In this document: piece after piece, positions 21,726 through 29,829 of the stretch
How the letters are laid out: each line of letters starts with the position of its first letter
Numbering within the stretch: the first letter of the stretch is position 1
Assembly: GCA_004299275.1 (NCBI GenBank)
Contig: SCSU01000061.1
Coordinates: forward strand, 1 to 58,579
Direction: 5' to 3'
DNA: 58,579 bases
DNA from: Patescibacteria group bacterium
Lineage (GTDB): Bacteria > Patescibacteriota > Patescibacteriia > 2-12-FULL-57-11
Program-made: the position numbers and the translations under genes
Notes under the pieces: model-generated
Told to the model about the DNA's origin: nothing
The model's database searches: none
What the model saw: only the letters and a program-made list of their open reading frames with translations

Positions 21726-21983
21726 CTAGCGTTCCTGCTTGGGGCGGGCTTCGTTGCAGGCGAGCGCCCGGCCGCCGAGATCGTAGCCGTTGAACATCTC
21801 AATGGCTTTTTGCGCTTCGGCGTCGGAGGCCATCTCCACAAAGGCGAACCCGCGGGGGTGGCCGGCCGCTTTGTCCATGGGGATAAACACCGAGGCGACC
21901 GTGCCGGCTTGGGAGAAAAGCTCGGTTAACTGCTGTTCAGTAACGTTCCAGGAGAGATTGCCGACGAAGACACGATTGGACAT
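21726..21983 (-). CDS. RNA-binding protein with RRM domain
   Basis: RNP-2 VFVGNL and RNP-1 RGFAFVEM. 85 aa. Confidence 0.9.
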   Translation of the reverse strand: MSNRVFVGNLSWNVTEQQLTELFSQAGTVASVFIPMDKAAGHPRGFAFVEMASDAEAQKAIEMFNGYDLGGRALACNEARPKQER

Positions 21984-22105
21984 AACTGCGATAAGATTAG
22001 ATTATTAATAAGTAAGACGATAAATAAAGAGGGCGCGACACTACATACGGCAAAAGTTTTAAAAATTAGACGCTAGTGAGTATATCACAGCTCTGGCACT
22101 AAAAC

Positions 22106-22579
22106 ATGTTGCGAGTCAAGCCTTTCATCTTTGTTGGCGTTATTCTCCTCCTCGCGGTTTTTGGTTGGGGCGAGTGGCGGGCGAGGACGGCCGTAAAGGC
22201 CGCCGCCAGCGGCTACCGCGGCGCGAGCGAAGTCAACAGCGTTTTGGTTCTCTCGGTTTCGCGCGACCTCGCGGCCGGCAAGAAACCGGCGGACATTTTA
22301 AATTCTTTTCGAGCGGCGAGCGAAAGGCAGGAGAAATCTTTGGCCGGATTTTATAAAGCCGTCCCTTTTTGGTGGCGGCTCCAGCCGGGCCGGAGCGAGA
22401 TGCGGTTGATTAAATTAGCCGAAGCGGAATCGCGGGCGCTCACGGCGCTCACGGACTCACTCGCGCTCCTTGAGCAATCCGCGGAAAACGAATGGTCCGA
22501 ACCGCTTAAAAAGTTGAATCAGGCAACCGCCGAGTTCGGTTCCGCGCATCGCGCGATCATGCAAACATTCATCCCTTAA
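22106..22579 (+). CDS. hypothetical membrane-anchored protein, 157 aa
   Basis: N-terminal TM helix (FIFVGVILLLAVFGW). No family recognised. Confidence 0.5.
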   Translation: MLRVKPFIFVGVILLLAVFGWGEWRARTAVKAAASGYRGASEVNSVLVLSVSRDLAAGKKPADILNSFRAASERQEKSLAGFYKAVPFWWRLQPGRSEMRLIKLAEAESRALTALTDSLALLEQSAENEWSEPLKKLNQATAEFGSAHRAIMQTFIP

Positions 22580-23705
22580 GCTCCACCCTGATTTTTTGGA
22601 GCATTAGTTTTTCGGCATCAAGCAGGGAAATTCCACCGATGGCAAAGGCGGCTTGGCGCGGCGCGCCGGTCGGCGCCCAGTCGCGGACGAGCTGGAGCGC
22701 GTCAAGGTTGCGGTTCGTGTGGAGGAGTCCGGAGACGCCGCCGGCGTTATTTTCGTAAAGTACAAAAGAGACAGCTACTTCGGGCGAGGCGGCGATGAGC
22801 TCATCCAAGACGCCGGCGAGTTCCGTCTCGCCGCCGCCGGCGGCCACGAAATCCTGGCGGGTGAGCAGGGCCCAGGCGATTTTGTGCTCGCTGTCTTGGC
22901 GGAGCCGGGCGAGCGCGCGACCCCAGAGCCGGAGGGTCGTCACTGTGCGCGTCCGGTAGAGCTCGGCGACAATCCGTTCGCGGTCGGCGCCGTCTTCGAC
23001 GAGCTTGGCGGCCGTGGCTAGAGTCCGGGGCGAGACGTTTCCAGTTTTAAAACTTTTGGTTTTGGCGATTACGCCGGCCAAGAGCGCGGTCGAGAGCGCC
23101 CGGTCAAGCTTGGCGTCCGGCCATCGGGCGAGGAGCTCGGCGACAACTTCCGAGACGGAAGCGGCGGTGAGGTCCACCAAGTTTATATTGCCGTAGTGTT
23201 CGTTGGTCGGCGAGTGGTCGAGGTTCGCGACCGGCACGGAACGCCAAAACTCCGGTGCCTGACGCCAAAGCGCGCCCAAGGCCTCGTGGTCAGGACAGCC
23301 GACGGTAATCGCCAAGTCGTAACGGCAGCGTCCAGGCTCGGCCCGGACCTGTTCCGGGCTCCAATTTTCTTTCTCCGGCGTCAAGGTGATTTTAAGTTCG
23401 TCACCGGAGACGGCATAGTGAAGGTTCGCGAGTTTGGCCGGGCCGAGCGGCAGAGTGATGACCAAATTGGCCAGCCCGGGCAGATGGCTTTTGATTGTCT
23501 CGGCGTCAGGCAGGAGCCCGTGTTCCGGCCTCAAAACAAAGCCGTCGCCGACAGTGTCCACTGACTTGCCCTGAGCGCGGAGCAGGCGGCGGAGCGTTAG
23601 GCCGGCCGCGGTCTCATCAACGCCGGCAAGGTGGGGTAGCGCAATCAGAATACGCTGGCTGCGCCGGGCTGCCTCCAAAAACTGTTCGTGCGGTTCGAGT
23701 GCCAT
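22569..23705 (-). CDS. DHH/DHHA1-family (NrnA-like) protein with degenerate catalytic motifs
   Basis: 378 aa. Architecture and the LDHSP...NLVD block resemble NrnA. DHH reads DHS, and the GGGH position reads PTGAPRQAAF. Confidence 0.55.
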   Translation of the reverse strand: MALEPHEQFLEAARRSQRILIALPHLAGVDETAAGLTLRRLLRAQGKSVDTVGDGFVLRPEHGLLPDAETIKSHLPGLANLVITLPLGPAKLANLHYAVSGDELKITLTPEKENWSPEQVRAEPGRCRYDLAITVGCPDHEALGALWRQAPEFWRSVPVANLDHSPTNEHYGNINLVDLTAASVSEVVAELLARWPDAKLDRALSTALLAGVIAKTKSFKTGNVSPRTLATAAKLVEDGADRERIVAELYRTRTVTTLRLWGRALARLRQDSEHKIAWALLTRQDFVAAGGGETELAGVLDELIAASPEVAVSFVLYENNAGGVSGLLHTNRNLDALQLVRDWAPTGAPRQAAFAIGGISLLDAEKLMLQKIRVELKG

Positions 23706-23752
23706 GGGGTAGAATTGGTAAAGTAAGACACCTTACCCGCTCCCTTTAATTT

Positions 23753-23782
23753 TTGCAACCCGCCCCGTCCGCTTGTTATAGT
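23753..23782 (+). promoter_or_regulatory. promoter-like TTGCAA - 18 nt - TGTTATAGT upstream of the valS leader
   Basis: Sequence match only. The -10 ends 10 nt before the uORF ATG. Confidence 0.4.
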
Positions 23783-23792
23783 TCCCTGCAGT

Positions 23793-23930
23793 ATGCCCGG
23801 TAGTGAAACGCCGGCAGCATGCATAGAACAAGGTTTCTTAAGGGCTATAAAACTGAATCAAGAGCAAACGCTCTTAATCGCAAAGAATGTCCGTTCGCCG
23901 AATCCAGCCCCTGTTTCCGGTAATGGGTGA
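23793..23930 (+). CDS. conserved small upstream ORF, 45 aa (MPGSETPAACIEQGFLRAIKLNQEQTLLIAKNVRSPNPAPVSGNG)
   Basis: Hand translation. Paralogue of the nrdJ uORF, with a third-codon-position substitution pattern between the two. Confidence 0.55.
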   Translation: MPGSETPAACIEQGFLRAIKLNQEQTLLIAKNVRSPNPAPVSGNG

Positions 23931-24016
23931 AATTCAAACAAGGTGCAGCATTAAAACAATAATTATTCGCCGACAGAAACAGGGGCTGGGTTCGGAGCCG
24001 GCGTTCTACTACCGGG
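23796..24016 (+). promoter_or_regulatory. valS leader structure: 20-bp closing stem plus inner 14-bp stem
   Basis: CCCGGTAGTGAAACGCCGGC (23796-23815) pairs with GCCGGCGTTCTACTACCGGG (23997-24016). CCAGCCCCTGTTTC (23904-17) pairs with GAAACAGGGGCTGG (23976-89). Confidence 0.6.
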
Positions 24017-24017
24017 T

Positions 24018-26804
24018 ATGACTAAGAAAATTGAACTCCCCAAGTCCTACGCCCCCAAGGACTACGAAGACGCGCTTTACCGCCAATGGGAAAAGAGCGG
24101 GTTTTTTAATCCGGACAAATTGCCCGGCCGGCGTCCGGATTCTTACTGTATTGTGATGCCGCCGCCGAACGTCACCGGCGTTTTGCACATCGGCCACGCG
24201 GTGATGCTCGCGATTGAAGACCTGCTGATTCGTTTTGAGCGCCTGCGCGGGAAAAAAACGCTCTGGCTCCCGGGCACCGACCACGCCGCGATTGCCACCC
24301 AGAACAAGGTGGAAAAGCTCCTTTGGGAGAAGGAAAAGAAAACCCGCCACGCTCTCGGCCGCGAAAAATTTTTGGCGCGGGTTAAAAACTTCGCGCAGGA
24401 GTCGCACGACACGATTGTCACTCAAGTCAAAAAGATGGGCTCCTCCTGCGACTGGTCGCGCGAGGCCTACACTTTGGACGCGCCGCGCGTTCAGGCCGTG
24501 GCCGAGGCCTTCCGGCGATTGCATGAAATGGGACTGATTTACCGCGGCCAGCGGGTTGTTAACTGGTGCCCGCACTGTCAGTCAACGCTCTCTGACGACG
24601 AGGTAGCGTACCGGCCGGCCAAGGAGAAGCTCTATTGGATTAAATACGGACCCTTTGTTTTGGCCACCGCCCGTCCCGAAACCAAACTAGGGGACACCGC
24701 CGTGGCCGTGCACCCCCAAGACCAGCGCTACAAAAAATACGTGGGCCGGCGTTTCAAGATTCCCGGCGTGCTCGGCGAATTTGAAGTCGTGGTCGTGGCT
24801 GACGGGGTAGTGGACAGGGAGTTCGGTTCGGGGATGATTAAGGTTACCCCGGCCCATGATTTTACCGACTTTGAGATCGCGGCGCGCCACGGCGTTCCAA
24901 TGCGTCAAGTAATTGGCGAAGACGGCCGGATGATGGCGAATACCGGCAAATATGCCGGGCTCACCACCGCCGAGGCGCGCGCGGCGATTGTCCGCGACAT
25001 GGAGAAAATGGGTTTGATTGAAAAGATTGAAGAATACGAGCATAACCTCTCGGTCTGCTATCGTTGCGGCACGACGATTGAGCCGTTGCCTAAACTCCAG
25101 TGGTTTATCGCGGTCAATAAACCTTTTACCTTTCGCCAGTCAGCGCGGTCTCCGATTAAAGACATCGGCGACGGCGAAAAAATCACGCTCAAAGAGCTGA
25201 TGAGTCACGTGGTCAAAACTGGCCAGATTCAAATCATCCCCGACCGTTTTGTCAAAACCTATTTCCACTGGATTGACAATCTCCGCGACTGGAACATCTC
25301 GCGTCAGATTTGGTTCGGCCACCGGATCCCAGTTTGGCACCACGATACCTGTCAGATGCTTGGCATCATGGACACAATGCACCAGCCTGACACATGGATG
25401 CGGGATGCTTATGTTATTTTGGATAAACCATTGGATGAGTATGCCGACGACGAGATCGTTTATTGTGGGAAGTGCAAGAACGGTTACACCATCAAAAAGA
25501 TAAAGGAGGGTCATTTTACACAGGATCCGGACACGCTGGACACCTGGTTTTCTTCCGGGCTCTGGACTTTTTCCACGCTCGGCTGGCCGGCGGAGATGGC
25601 GGATTTTAAAAATTATCATCCGACCGCGGTGCTCGAGACTGGTTATGACATTCTTTTCTTTTGGGTGGCGCGGATGATTTTGATGTCGCTCGCGCTGATC
25701 GGCGAGATTCCTTTCAAAACAGTTTATTTGCACGGACTGGTGCGCGACGAGCAGGGGAGGAAGATGAGCAAGTCACTCGGGAACGTGATTGACCCGCTCG
25801 CGGTCGCCGCCAAGTACGGGACTGACGCCGTGCGGCTCTCGCTCGTGCTCGGCACGACGCCCGGGAACGACACCCGGCTCTCGGAAGAAAAAATCGCCGG
25901 CTTCCGCAATTTTACCAACAAGCTGTGGAATATCGGACGGTTCGTGTTGAGCCAAACCTCAATTTCCAAATTCCAAATTCCAAATTCCAAAACTTTGCCC
26001 GACCGCTGGATTCTTTCCCGCTTGTCCGAGGTGACCGAGCGGGTGACGCGGCATCTGGAAAATTATGAATTTTCCGCGGCCGGCGAAATTCTGCGCGATT
26101 TTACCTGGGGCGATTTTGCCGATTGGTACTTGGAAATCAGCAAAGTTCAAAAACAGAGTTCACCCGCGCTCGCCAAAAACACCGATTTAATTCTCCGTCA
26201 CACCCTCGCGGTTCTCCTTAAGCTCTGGCATCCCTTTATGCCTTATGTGACCGAGGTTCTGTGGCGAGAACTTCAAGGAAAAGAGGGCGGTTTGCTTTTG
26301 GTCGCGTCCTGGCCGGCGCCGGGGGCACGGGAGGCGCGAGCCGAGCAAGCGATGAAGAACTGGCAGGAGACGGTCGCCGCGATCCGCAATCTCCGCGCCG
26401 AATACAAGGTGCCGCCGGAGCGGGAAGTTGAGGCCGAAATCGTCAGCGCGCCGGCTGGATTGTCCGAGGAGCTCGCTTGGCTCGAAAAATTGTCTCGGAG
26501 CAAAATCAGCGCTGTTAAAAAAGCTGAGAAAAAAGGCCAGGCGGCCGCGCTCGCCGGCTCCATGGAAATTTATGTTGACCTCGCCGGAGCGGTTGACCGA
26601 GGGCGGGAGTCCGCCCGGCTTCAAAAAGAGCGGGAGAGTTTAGAGAGTTATCTCGCCGCCTTGGAGGCCAAACTAAAAAATAATGACTTTTTGAAACGAG
26701 CGCCGTCGGCGGTGGTGGAAAAGGAAAAAGAAAAAGCCGCGGCGGCGCGCGACAAACTGGCGCGAATCCGCCGCGAGCTCACATCGCTTGGTGCGGACGG
26801 TTGA
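24018..26804 (+). CDS. valS: valine--tRNA ligase
   Basis: 928 aa. PPPNVTGVLHIGHA, KMSKSLGN, and a C-terminal coiled coil. Confidence 0.95.
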   Translation: MTKKIELPKSYAPKDYEDALYRQWEKSGFFNPDKLPGRRPDSYCIVMPPPNVTGVLHIGHAVMLAIEDLLIRFERLRGKKTLWLPGTDHAAIATQNKVEKLLWEKEKKTRHALGREKFLARVKNFAQESHDTIVTQVKKMGSSCDWSREAYTLDAPRVQAVAEAFRRLHEMGLIYRGQRVVNWCPHCQSTLSDDEVAYRPAKEKLYWIKYGPFVLATARPETKLGDTAVAVHPQDQRYKKYVGRRFKIPGVLGEFEVVVVADGVVDREFGSGMIKVTPAHDFTDFEIAARHGVPMRQVIGEDGRMMANTGKYAGLTTAEARAAIVRDMEKMGLIEKIEEYEHNLSVCYRCGTTIEPLPKLQWFIAVNKPFTFRQSARSPIKDIGDGEKITLKELMSHVVKTGQIQIIPDRFVKTYFHWIDNLRDWNISRQIWFGHRIPVWHHDTCQMLGIMDTMHQPDTWMRDAYVILDKPLDEYADDEIVYCGKCKNGYTIKKIKEGHFTQDPDTLDTWFSSGLWTFSTLGWPAEMADFKNYHPTAVLETGYDILFFWVARMILMSLALIGEIPFKTVYLHGLVRDEQGRKMSKSLGNVIDPLAVAAKYGTDAVRLSLVLGTTPGNDTRLSEEKIAGFRNFTNKLWNIGRFVLSQTSISKFQIPNSKTLPDRWILSRLSEVTERVTRHLENYEFSAAGEILRDFTWGDFADWYLEISKVQKQSSPALAKNTDLILRHTLAVLLKLWHPFMPYVTEVLWRELQGKEGGLLLVASWPAPGAREARAEQAMKNWQETVAAIRNLRAEYKVPPEREVEAEIVSAPAGLSEELAWLEKLSRSKISAVKKAEKKGQAAALAGSMEIYVDLAGAVDRGRESARLQKERESLESYLAALEAKLKNNDFLKRAPSAVVEKEKEKAAAARDKLARIRRELTSLGADG
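25964..25991. repeat. heptamer tandem array (TTCCAAA)x4 inside the valS coding sequence, in frame
   Basis: Direct reading. Encodes ISKFQIPNSK just before the conserved LPDRWIL. Confidence 0.9.
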
Positions 26805-26846
26805 CAAACCACGAGCGGTCTGCCCTAATGCAGGCAGGAGGAGCAC

Positions 26847-27227
26847 ATGGTCGAAGAGAAAAAGGGGGACAAACCCTTCAAACACGTCTGCGTGCTGTGC
26901 CTGGCCACGCTCTGGGGCTGGCGGCCGAAGGCCGACCACTCCTGCGGCTACCTGACCGTCGAGGTGGCGCGGGATTACAATCTGGCCGAGATGATTCCGG
27001 AGAGCGAACGCGTCGCCTGCGCGCAATTCGCGCTCCTCATCATGGGGTTCACGCCGGAGAAAACCAGGGACTACAAGCGTCGGACGGAGCGCGTGGGCAC
27101 AGTGAACATTCCGCCGGTCATCACCGGCGGGCGGCGGACGAAGTCCCTGTTTGGGACCCAGTCCGGCCGGGGAACCGCGGGGCCGGCTTCTCGCCGCAGC
27201 CGTCCGACGGAGCCGAGGACCAAGTGA
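26847..27227 (+). CDS. hypothetical protein, 126 aa
   Basis: AGGAGG lies 5 nt upstream of the ATG and a terminator follows. No family recognised. A competing overlapping frame at 26801-27247 is less well supported. Confidence 0.5.
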   Translation: MVEEKKGDKPFKHVCVLCLATLWGWRPKADHSCGYLTVEVARDYNLAEMIPESERVACAQFALLIMGFTPEKTRDYKRRTERVGTVNIPPVITGGRRTKSLFGTQSGRGTAGPASRRSRPTEPRTK

Positions 27228-27245
27228 CGCCGGCGGGAGGCAGCT

Positions 27246-27274
27246 GACACGCTCCAGAGAAGCGTGTCTTTTTT
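27246..27274 (+). terminator. rho-independent terminator
   Basis: GACACGCT-CCAGAGA-AGCGTGTC followed by TTTTTT. Confidence 0.75.
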
Positions 27275-27300
27275 ATAACGCGTTGATATAATAGTAATCT

Positions 27301-28509
27301 ATGGTTAAAGGAGAAAAAACCGTTGGCCCTCTTCTTTCCTCGCGCTTTATTCAGGATGTTGTTGTTCGTGCGTCTTTGGAGAATAAGCTTGCGAGCGGCC
27401 GGAAGCTAAGAGTCAAAATCGGGATGGACCCGACCGCGCCGGACCTCCACCTCGGCCACGCGGTGGCATTGCGCCTACTGCGGCGGTTTCAGAACGCCGG
27501 CCACACCATTGTTTTTATCATCGGCGATTTTACCGCCAAAATTGGCGACCCCTCGGGCAAATCCAAGACCAGGCCGATGCTTGACGCTCCAGCGATCGAG
27601 GCCAACGCTAAAACCTATTTTGAACAGGTCGGTTTGATTCTGGACGTCAAAAAAGCGGAGATTCGCCGCAATTCGGAGTGGCTCGGGAAGCTCGGTTTTG
27701 ATGATGTGATTAAACTCGCCTCCAAATTCACCGTGGCAAGAATTCTTGAACGCGATGATTTTGCCGAGCGCTTTAAGAGCGGTTCGGAGATCTCCGGCCA
27801 TGAACTCCTTTACCCCATGATGCAGGCGCAGGACTCGGTGGCTGTGGCCGCGGACGTCGAGGTCGGGGGCACGGACCAGCTTTTCAATATGCTCGCCGGC
27901 CGCGAGCTCCAAAAAAAACTTGGTTTGCCGGAACAGGAAGTTTTGACCGTGCCGCTGTTGCTCGGATTGGACGGGACGCTGAAAATGTCCAAGTCGCTCG
28001 GCAATTATGTCGGTCTCCGCGACAAACCCGAGGAGATGTACGGCAAACTGATGAGTCTGCCGGACCGATTGCTCCGGCACTACTTTGAGCTTGCGACCGA
28101 TTTGTCGGATTCGGAAATCGAAGCGATTCAAAAAACGCTCGTCGGAGAAAAGGCAAATCCGCGCGACCTAAAAATGCGTCTGGCGCGGCTCGTGGTCGCG
28201 AGCTATCACGGCGAGGGGGCGGCGGAGAGCGCCGAAGAGTCCTTCGTCAAAGTTTTTCAAAAAAAAGAAATTCCGGATGAGGTCAAAACAGTCGCCGTGG
28301 ACAAAAATAAACTGACCGCGGCGGAACTGCTTCTTTTGACCGGCCTCGCGGCTTCAAAAAGCGAAGCCCGGCGCGTTATTGAACAGCGGGGTTTAAAGAT
28401 TGACGGCGTCGCGGTCGGCGACCCGTCGCTCCCAGTGGCCATCGGGGAGAAGGGCGTGCTGCTCCAAAAAGGCAAAAGGCATTTTATCCGGGCGGTGCGG
28501 AAAGCTTGA
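27301..28509 (+). CDS. tyrS: tyrosine--tRNA ligase
   Basis: 402 aa. PDLHLGHA, KMSKSLGN, and a C-terminal S4-like domain. Confidence 0.9.
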   Translation: MVKGEKTVGPLLSSRFIQDVVVRASLENKLASGRKLRVKIGMDPTAPDLHLGHAVALRLLRRFQNAGHTIVFIIGDFTAKIGDPSGKSKTRPMLDAPAIEANAKTYFEQVGLILDVKKAEIRRNSEWLGKLGFDDVIKLASKFTVARILERDDFAERFKSGSEISGHELLYPMMQAQDSVAVAADVEVGGTDQLFNMLAGRELQKKLGLPEQEVLTVPLLLGLDGTLKMSKSLGNYVGLRDKPEEMYGKLMSLPDRLLRHYFELATDLSDSEIEAIQKTLVGEKANPRDLKMRLARLVVASYHGEGAAESAEESFVKVFQKKEIPDEVKTVAVDKNKLTAAELLLLTGLAASKSEARRVIEQRGLKIDGVAVGDPSLPVAIGEKGVLLQKGKRHFIRAVRKA

Positions 28510-28594
28510 ATTACAGACTATTGACTTGGAAGTCCTGGGCGCTTAAGATTCCTTCGCAAAGCCAATTAAAATAATTTTTAGCAACTTTCGTTTT

Positions 28595-29476
28595 ATGCTG
28601 AAAGACAGTTCCGAGGCGTTTAAGAATTCTTCAAGAATCGCCGGCAAGGTAAAAAAAGGGATGACGCCGCCGGTGGTGGCCGCTCTGGCAGTAGGCGTCT
28701 TGCTTATAATCGGCGTGGCCGCGGCCTGGCAGAAGACCGTGGGGGAAAAATCGACGCGCTTGGCCAACGCCGAGGCGGAGAGGACGGCGCTGAATAAAAA
28801 AGTCAAGGAATTGTCCGGCGAGCTTTCGGCCAAAGAAAAGGAAGCCGCTGACGCCAAAAAAACGGCGGAGGAAAAAGCCAAGGAGGCGGAAGCGGCCCGG
28901 CTCGCGGCCTTGGAAGTGCCGCTGGACTGGCGCGTTTTTACCGTCACTCCTTTCGGTTTTGAATTCCGCTACCCCAAAGAGTGGGGCGAGGCGGCGCTTA
29001 AAACTTTTAAGCTGGAAGATAAGTCGGGTGAGCGCGGCGAGGGCGGCAATATCACCTTTTCCGCCCTGCGGCCGACCGTGGTGCTCGCCGGCTGGAACAG
29101 CGCCGATTACACCTCGTCTAAGCCGTCTTTGGCCTTTGACGCCGTTCGATTTAAGGGAATCAAAAATTGCGATGACCTCAAAAACCGCCACACGGTCTCT
29201 AACTGCGAAGAAATCAAAACCCGCGACGGCCTGACCGCGCTCCTTTATCGCGAGAGCCAGTTGCCGGCGGACCAGGTGAACGGCGTCTCTTTCTCCTTTG
29301 ACGTCGGAGCGGTTTTTACCGGCAACGAACGATTCCCGGTTTTCGCGGTGCAAATCAATCAGGACGCCAATATCGCCTTTGACAGCTTGAAGCGAGTGAT
29401 TGCTTCCATTAAAAATATTGCTGCGCCGCCGGTAGCCGCGACTTCCAGCCCGCCGGCCGCCGCACAAAAGCAGTAG
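28595..29476 (+). CDS. hypothetical membrane-anchored protein with coiled-coil segment, 293 aa
   Basis: TM helix (VVAALAVGVLLIIGVAAA), then a charged coiled region, then a globular C-terminus. Confidence 0.55.
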   Translation: MLKDSSEAFKNSSRIAGKVKKGMTPPVVAALAVGVLLIIGVAAAWQKTVGEKSTRLANAEAERTALNKKVKELSGELSAKEKEAADAKKTAEEKAKEAEAARLAALEVPLDWRVFTVTPFGFEFRYPKEWGEAALKTFKLEDKSGERGEGGNITFSALRPTVVLAGWNSADYTSSKPSLAFDAVRFKGIKNCDDLKNRHTVSNCEEIKTRDGLTALLYRESQLPADQVNGVSFSFDVGAVFTGNERFPVFAVQINQDANIAFDSLKRVIASIKNIAAPPVAATSSPPAAAQKQ

Positions 29477-29554
29477 GGAACAGCAACAGGTAACGAAAAT
29501 CCGAGACTCAAGAGGTTTCGGATTTTTGAATTGAAAATTAAAATATAGACAATA

Positions 29555-29631
29555 GTCATCTCGACCAAGGCGGAGAGATCTTCAATTCGACGAAAAAGAG
29601 TTGAAGATCCCTCGGCTCCGCTCGGGATGAC
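29555..29631 (+). repeat. structured repeat, family D (copy 1 of 2), in the argS upstream region
   Basis: GTCATCTCGACCAAGGCGGAGAGATCTTCAATTCG...TTGAAGATCCCTCGGCTCCGCTCGGGATGAC. A second copy lies at 50791-50895. Confidence 0.8.
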
Positions 29632-29829
29632 GACATATCCATCATCTCGACCCCGTTCGGGGACTTATTTGTTTAGTTCCCGAGCATTGTCGAGGGACTA
29701 CTTTAATCCCCGTTGCGATCGTAGCCCCTCGGCTGCGCTCGGGGACTTCTCAATTCTTCAACTTTCTACCAACCTTGTTTTCTTACCGTTTCAAGGATAA
29801 TCTGTGTTAGGTCGTCTTAAATTTACGCT

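Noticed and set aside
23793-24017. T-box riboswitch upstream of valS (and of ileS at 8893-8980)
   Set aside because: The size and aaRS context invited the idea. However, the GGTRGTGAAACGCC block sits at the 5' end rather than in a 3' antiterminator. I find no specifier-loop/AGAGA/F-box arrangement. The same leader also precedes nrdJ, which is not tRNA-regulated.
25330-25520. Lower-GC patch inside valS as a possible foreign insertion
   Set aside because: It encodes the normal region between the conserved PVWH and QDPDTLDTWFSS blocks (with a Cys cluster). There are no repeat boundaries or frame anomalies, so composition alone is insufficient.
28631-29467. 278-aa minus-strand ORF
   Set aside because: It is antisense to the 293-aa plus-strand ORF. 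The plus-strand ORF has a TM helix, a coherent composition, and lies co-directionally between tyrS and argS.
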